A DNA stretch of 64,000 nucleotides from Octopus vulgaris (lineage: Eukaryota): positions 114,886,001 through 114,950,000 of the forward strand of contig OX597821.1 of the NCBI GenBank assembly GCA_951406725.2, read 5' to 3'. Both the position numbers and the translations under genes were made by a program. Under the pieces are notes generated by a model. That model saw only the letters and a list, made by a program, of their open reading frames with translations. It ran no database searches and had not been told where the DNA came from. Numbering within the stretch: the stretch's first letter is position 1; each line of letters starts with the position of its first letter. Positions 63,043 to 64,000 of the stretch are shown piece by piece.

Positions 63043-64000
63043 ATATGTGTGTGTATATATATGTGTGTGTATATATGTGTGTGTGTGTGTATATATATGT
63101 GTGTGTAAGGGCCCATAGCTTAGTATTTGGGATGTTACAGTCACGAATTTGAGATTGTGATTTCAATTCCTAGACCAGGCGGTGTGTGTTGTGTTCTTGA
63201 GGAAAACACTTCATCTGATGTTGCTCTGTGATCCACTTCAACACCTGACCCATGGTACACCGTGCACCTGTTCAGACAACATCGATTTGATGGCGAGAGT
63301 GAGCTAATGTACAGCAAGACGAAGAGTGGAGCCCCGTAGGTGGTTTAGTGTTCGACTCGACACTCTTCCAGCAGCTCCTGCAGCCAAGCTGGTGCCAAAC
63401 ATAATGCTCTGCACTCCTCTGGACCACGTCAGCAAGGTCGAGAGAGGAATCCTGACAATTGGGCTACCCAGGATTTTCTTACATCTAGCCCAGGCCTGCG
63501 CAAAACTAGAGAGGACACTTCAGTGACATCTGCATCACCTGCTAGAGGGAGTGTTTGTCCAGGATAGGACTACACAGCCACAGCAGGGTATGTAAAGGAC
63601 ATGGAAGGTAAAATCCAGAGTGGATTATTTTATGCACAACTCCATTGTCTCCCGAGACAAAAGGATGCCAACGACAATATAAGATGGATGGACGAGTGGT
63701 GGGGGGGTGCTTGTGTGTAAATGACTGTCAGTCGTACAAGCAGTGTTGATCGTTTCCCACATTCTGCAAAGACATGCCTGGCCTTGCTGAAATATAATCT
63801 TGCTTGGAAACAGGTATGGGTTGGTGACAGGAAGAGTATCCAGTTGTAGAAAAACCTCCCTCAATGAACTCCATCTGACCCATGCAAGCATGGAAAAAAT
63901 AGATGCCAAAACAATGATGATGATGATTTTGCAAATAAAGAAAGGTGAAAATGGTGACCTTTAACCCTTTCGTGTTCAGATTCCTCTGTCAAAATGTAAT

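Noticed and set aside
62267-64000. Final ERI3 exon
   Set aside because: No acceptor followed by a DD(C)xNI-type frame was found; it is presumably beyond the window.

Overview
AT-rich, repeat-dense eukaryotic DNA, most likely a coleoid cephalopod (Octopus-like SINE families and very dense microsatellites; the organism is inferred, not verified). Almost all ORFs in the supplied track are repeat artefacts. Two spliced genes lie head-to-head. On the minus strand, the first coding exon (988-1057, MDIVDLDKVLDDFEEDE) of a ZFYVE9/ZFYVE16 (SARA/endofin)-like gene continues off the left edge, with candidate non-coding first exons near 30 kb and 36 kb. On the plus strand, six coding exons (52985-62266) of the DEDDh exoribonuclease ERI3 are present, with the last exon beyond the right edge. 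The rest is SINEs of three main families, decayed R4/Dong-like and RTE-like LINE fragments, non-autonomous Helitrons, several MITEs and a 2.1-kb TA-rich minisatellite. The most notable signal is hammerhead-ribozyme motifs in two contexts: (1) a tRNA-headed SINE-like repeat carrying a Penelope-type minimal hammerhead, five copies with recurrent inversions; (2) a fold-back pair of full type I hammerheads with a long stem II at 43.7-43.95 kb. CpG is retained between the two genes and decayed inside both gene bodies. Repeat coordinates are approximate (about +/-20 bp); exon coordinates were counted by hand.
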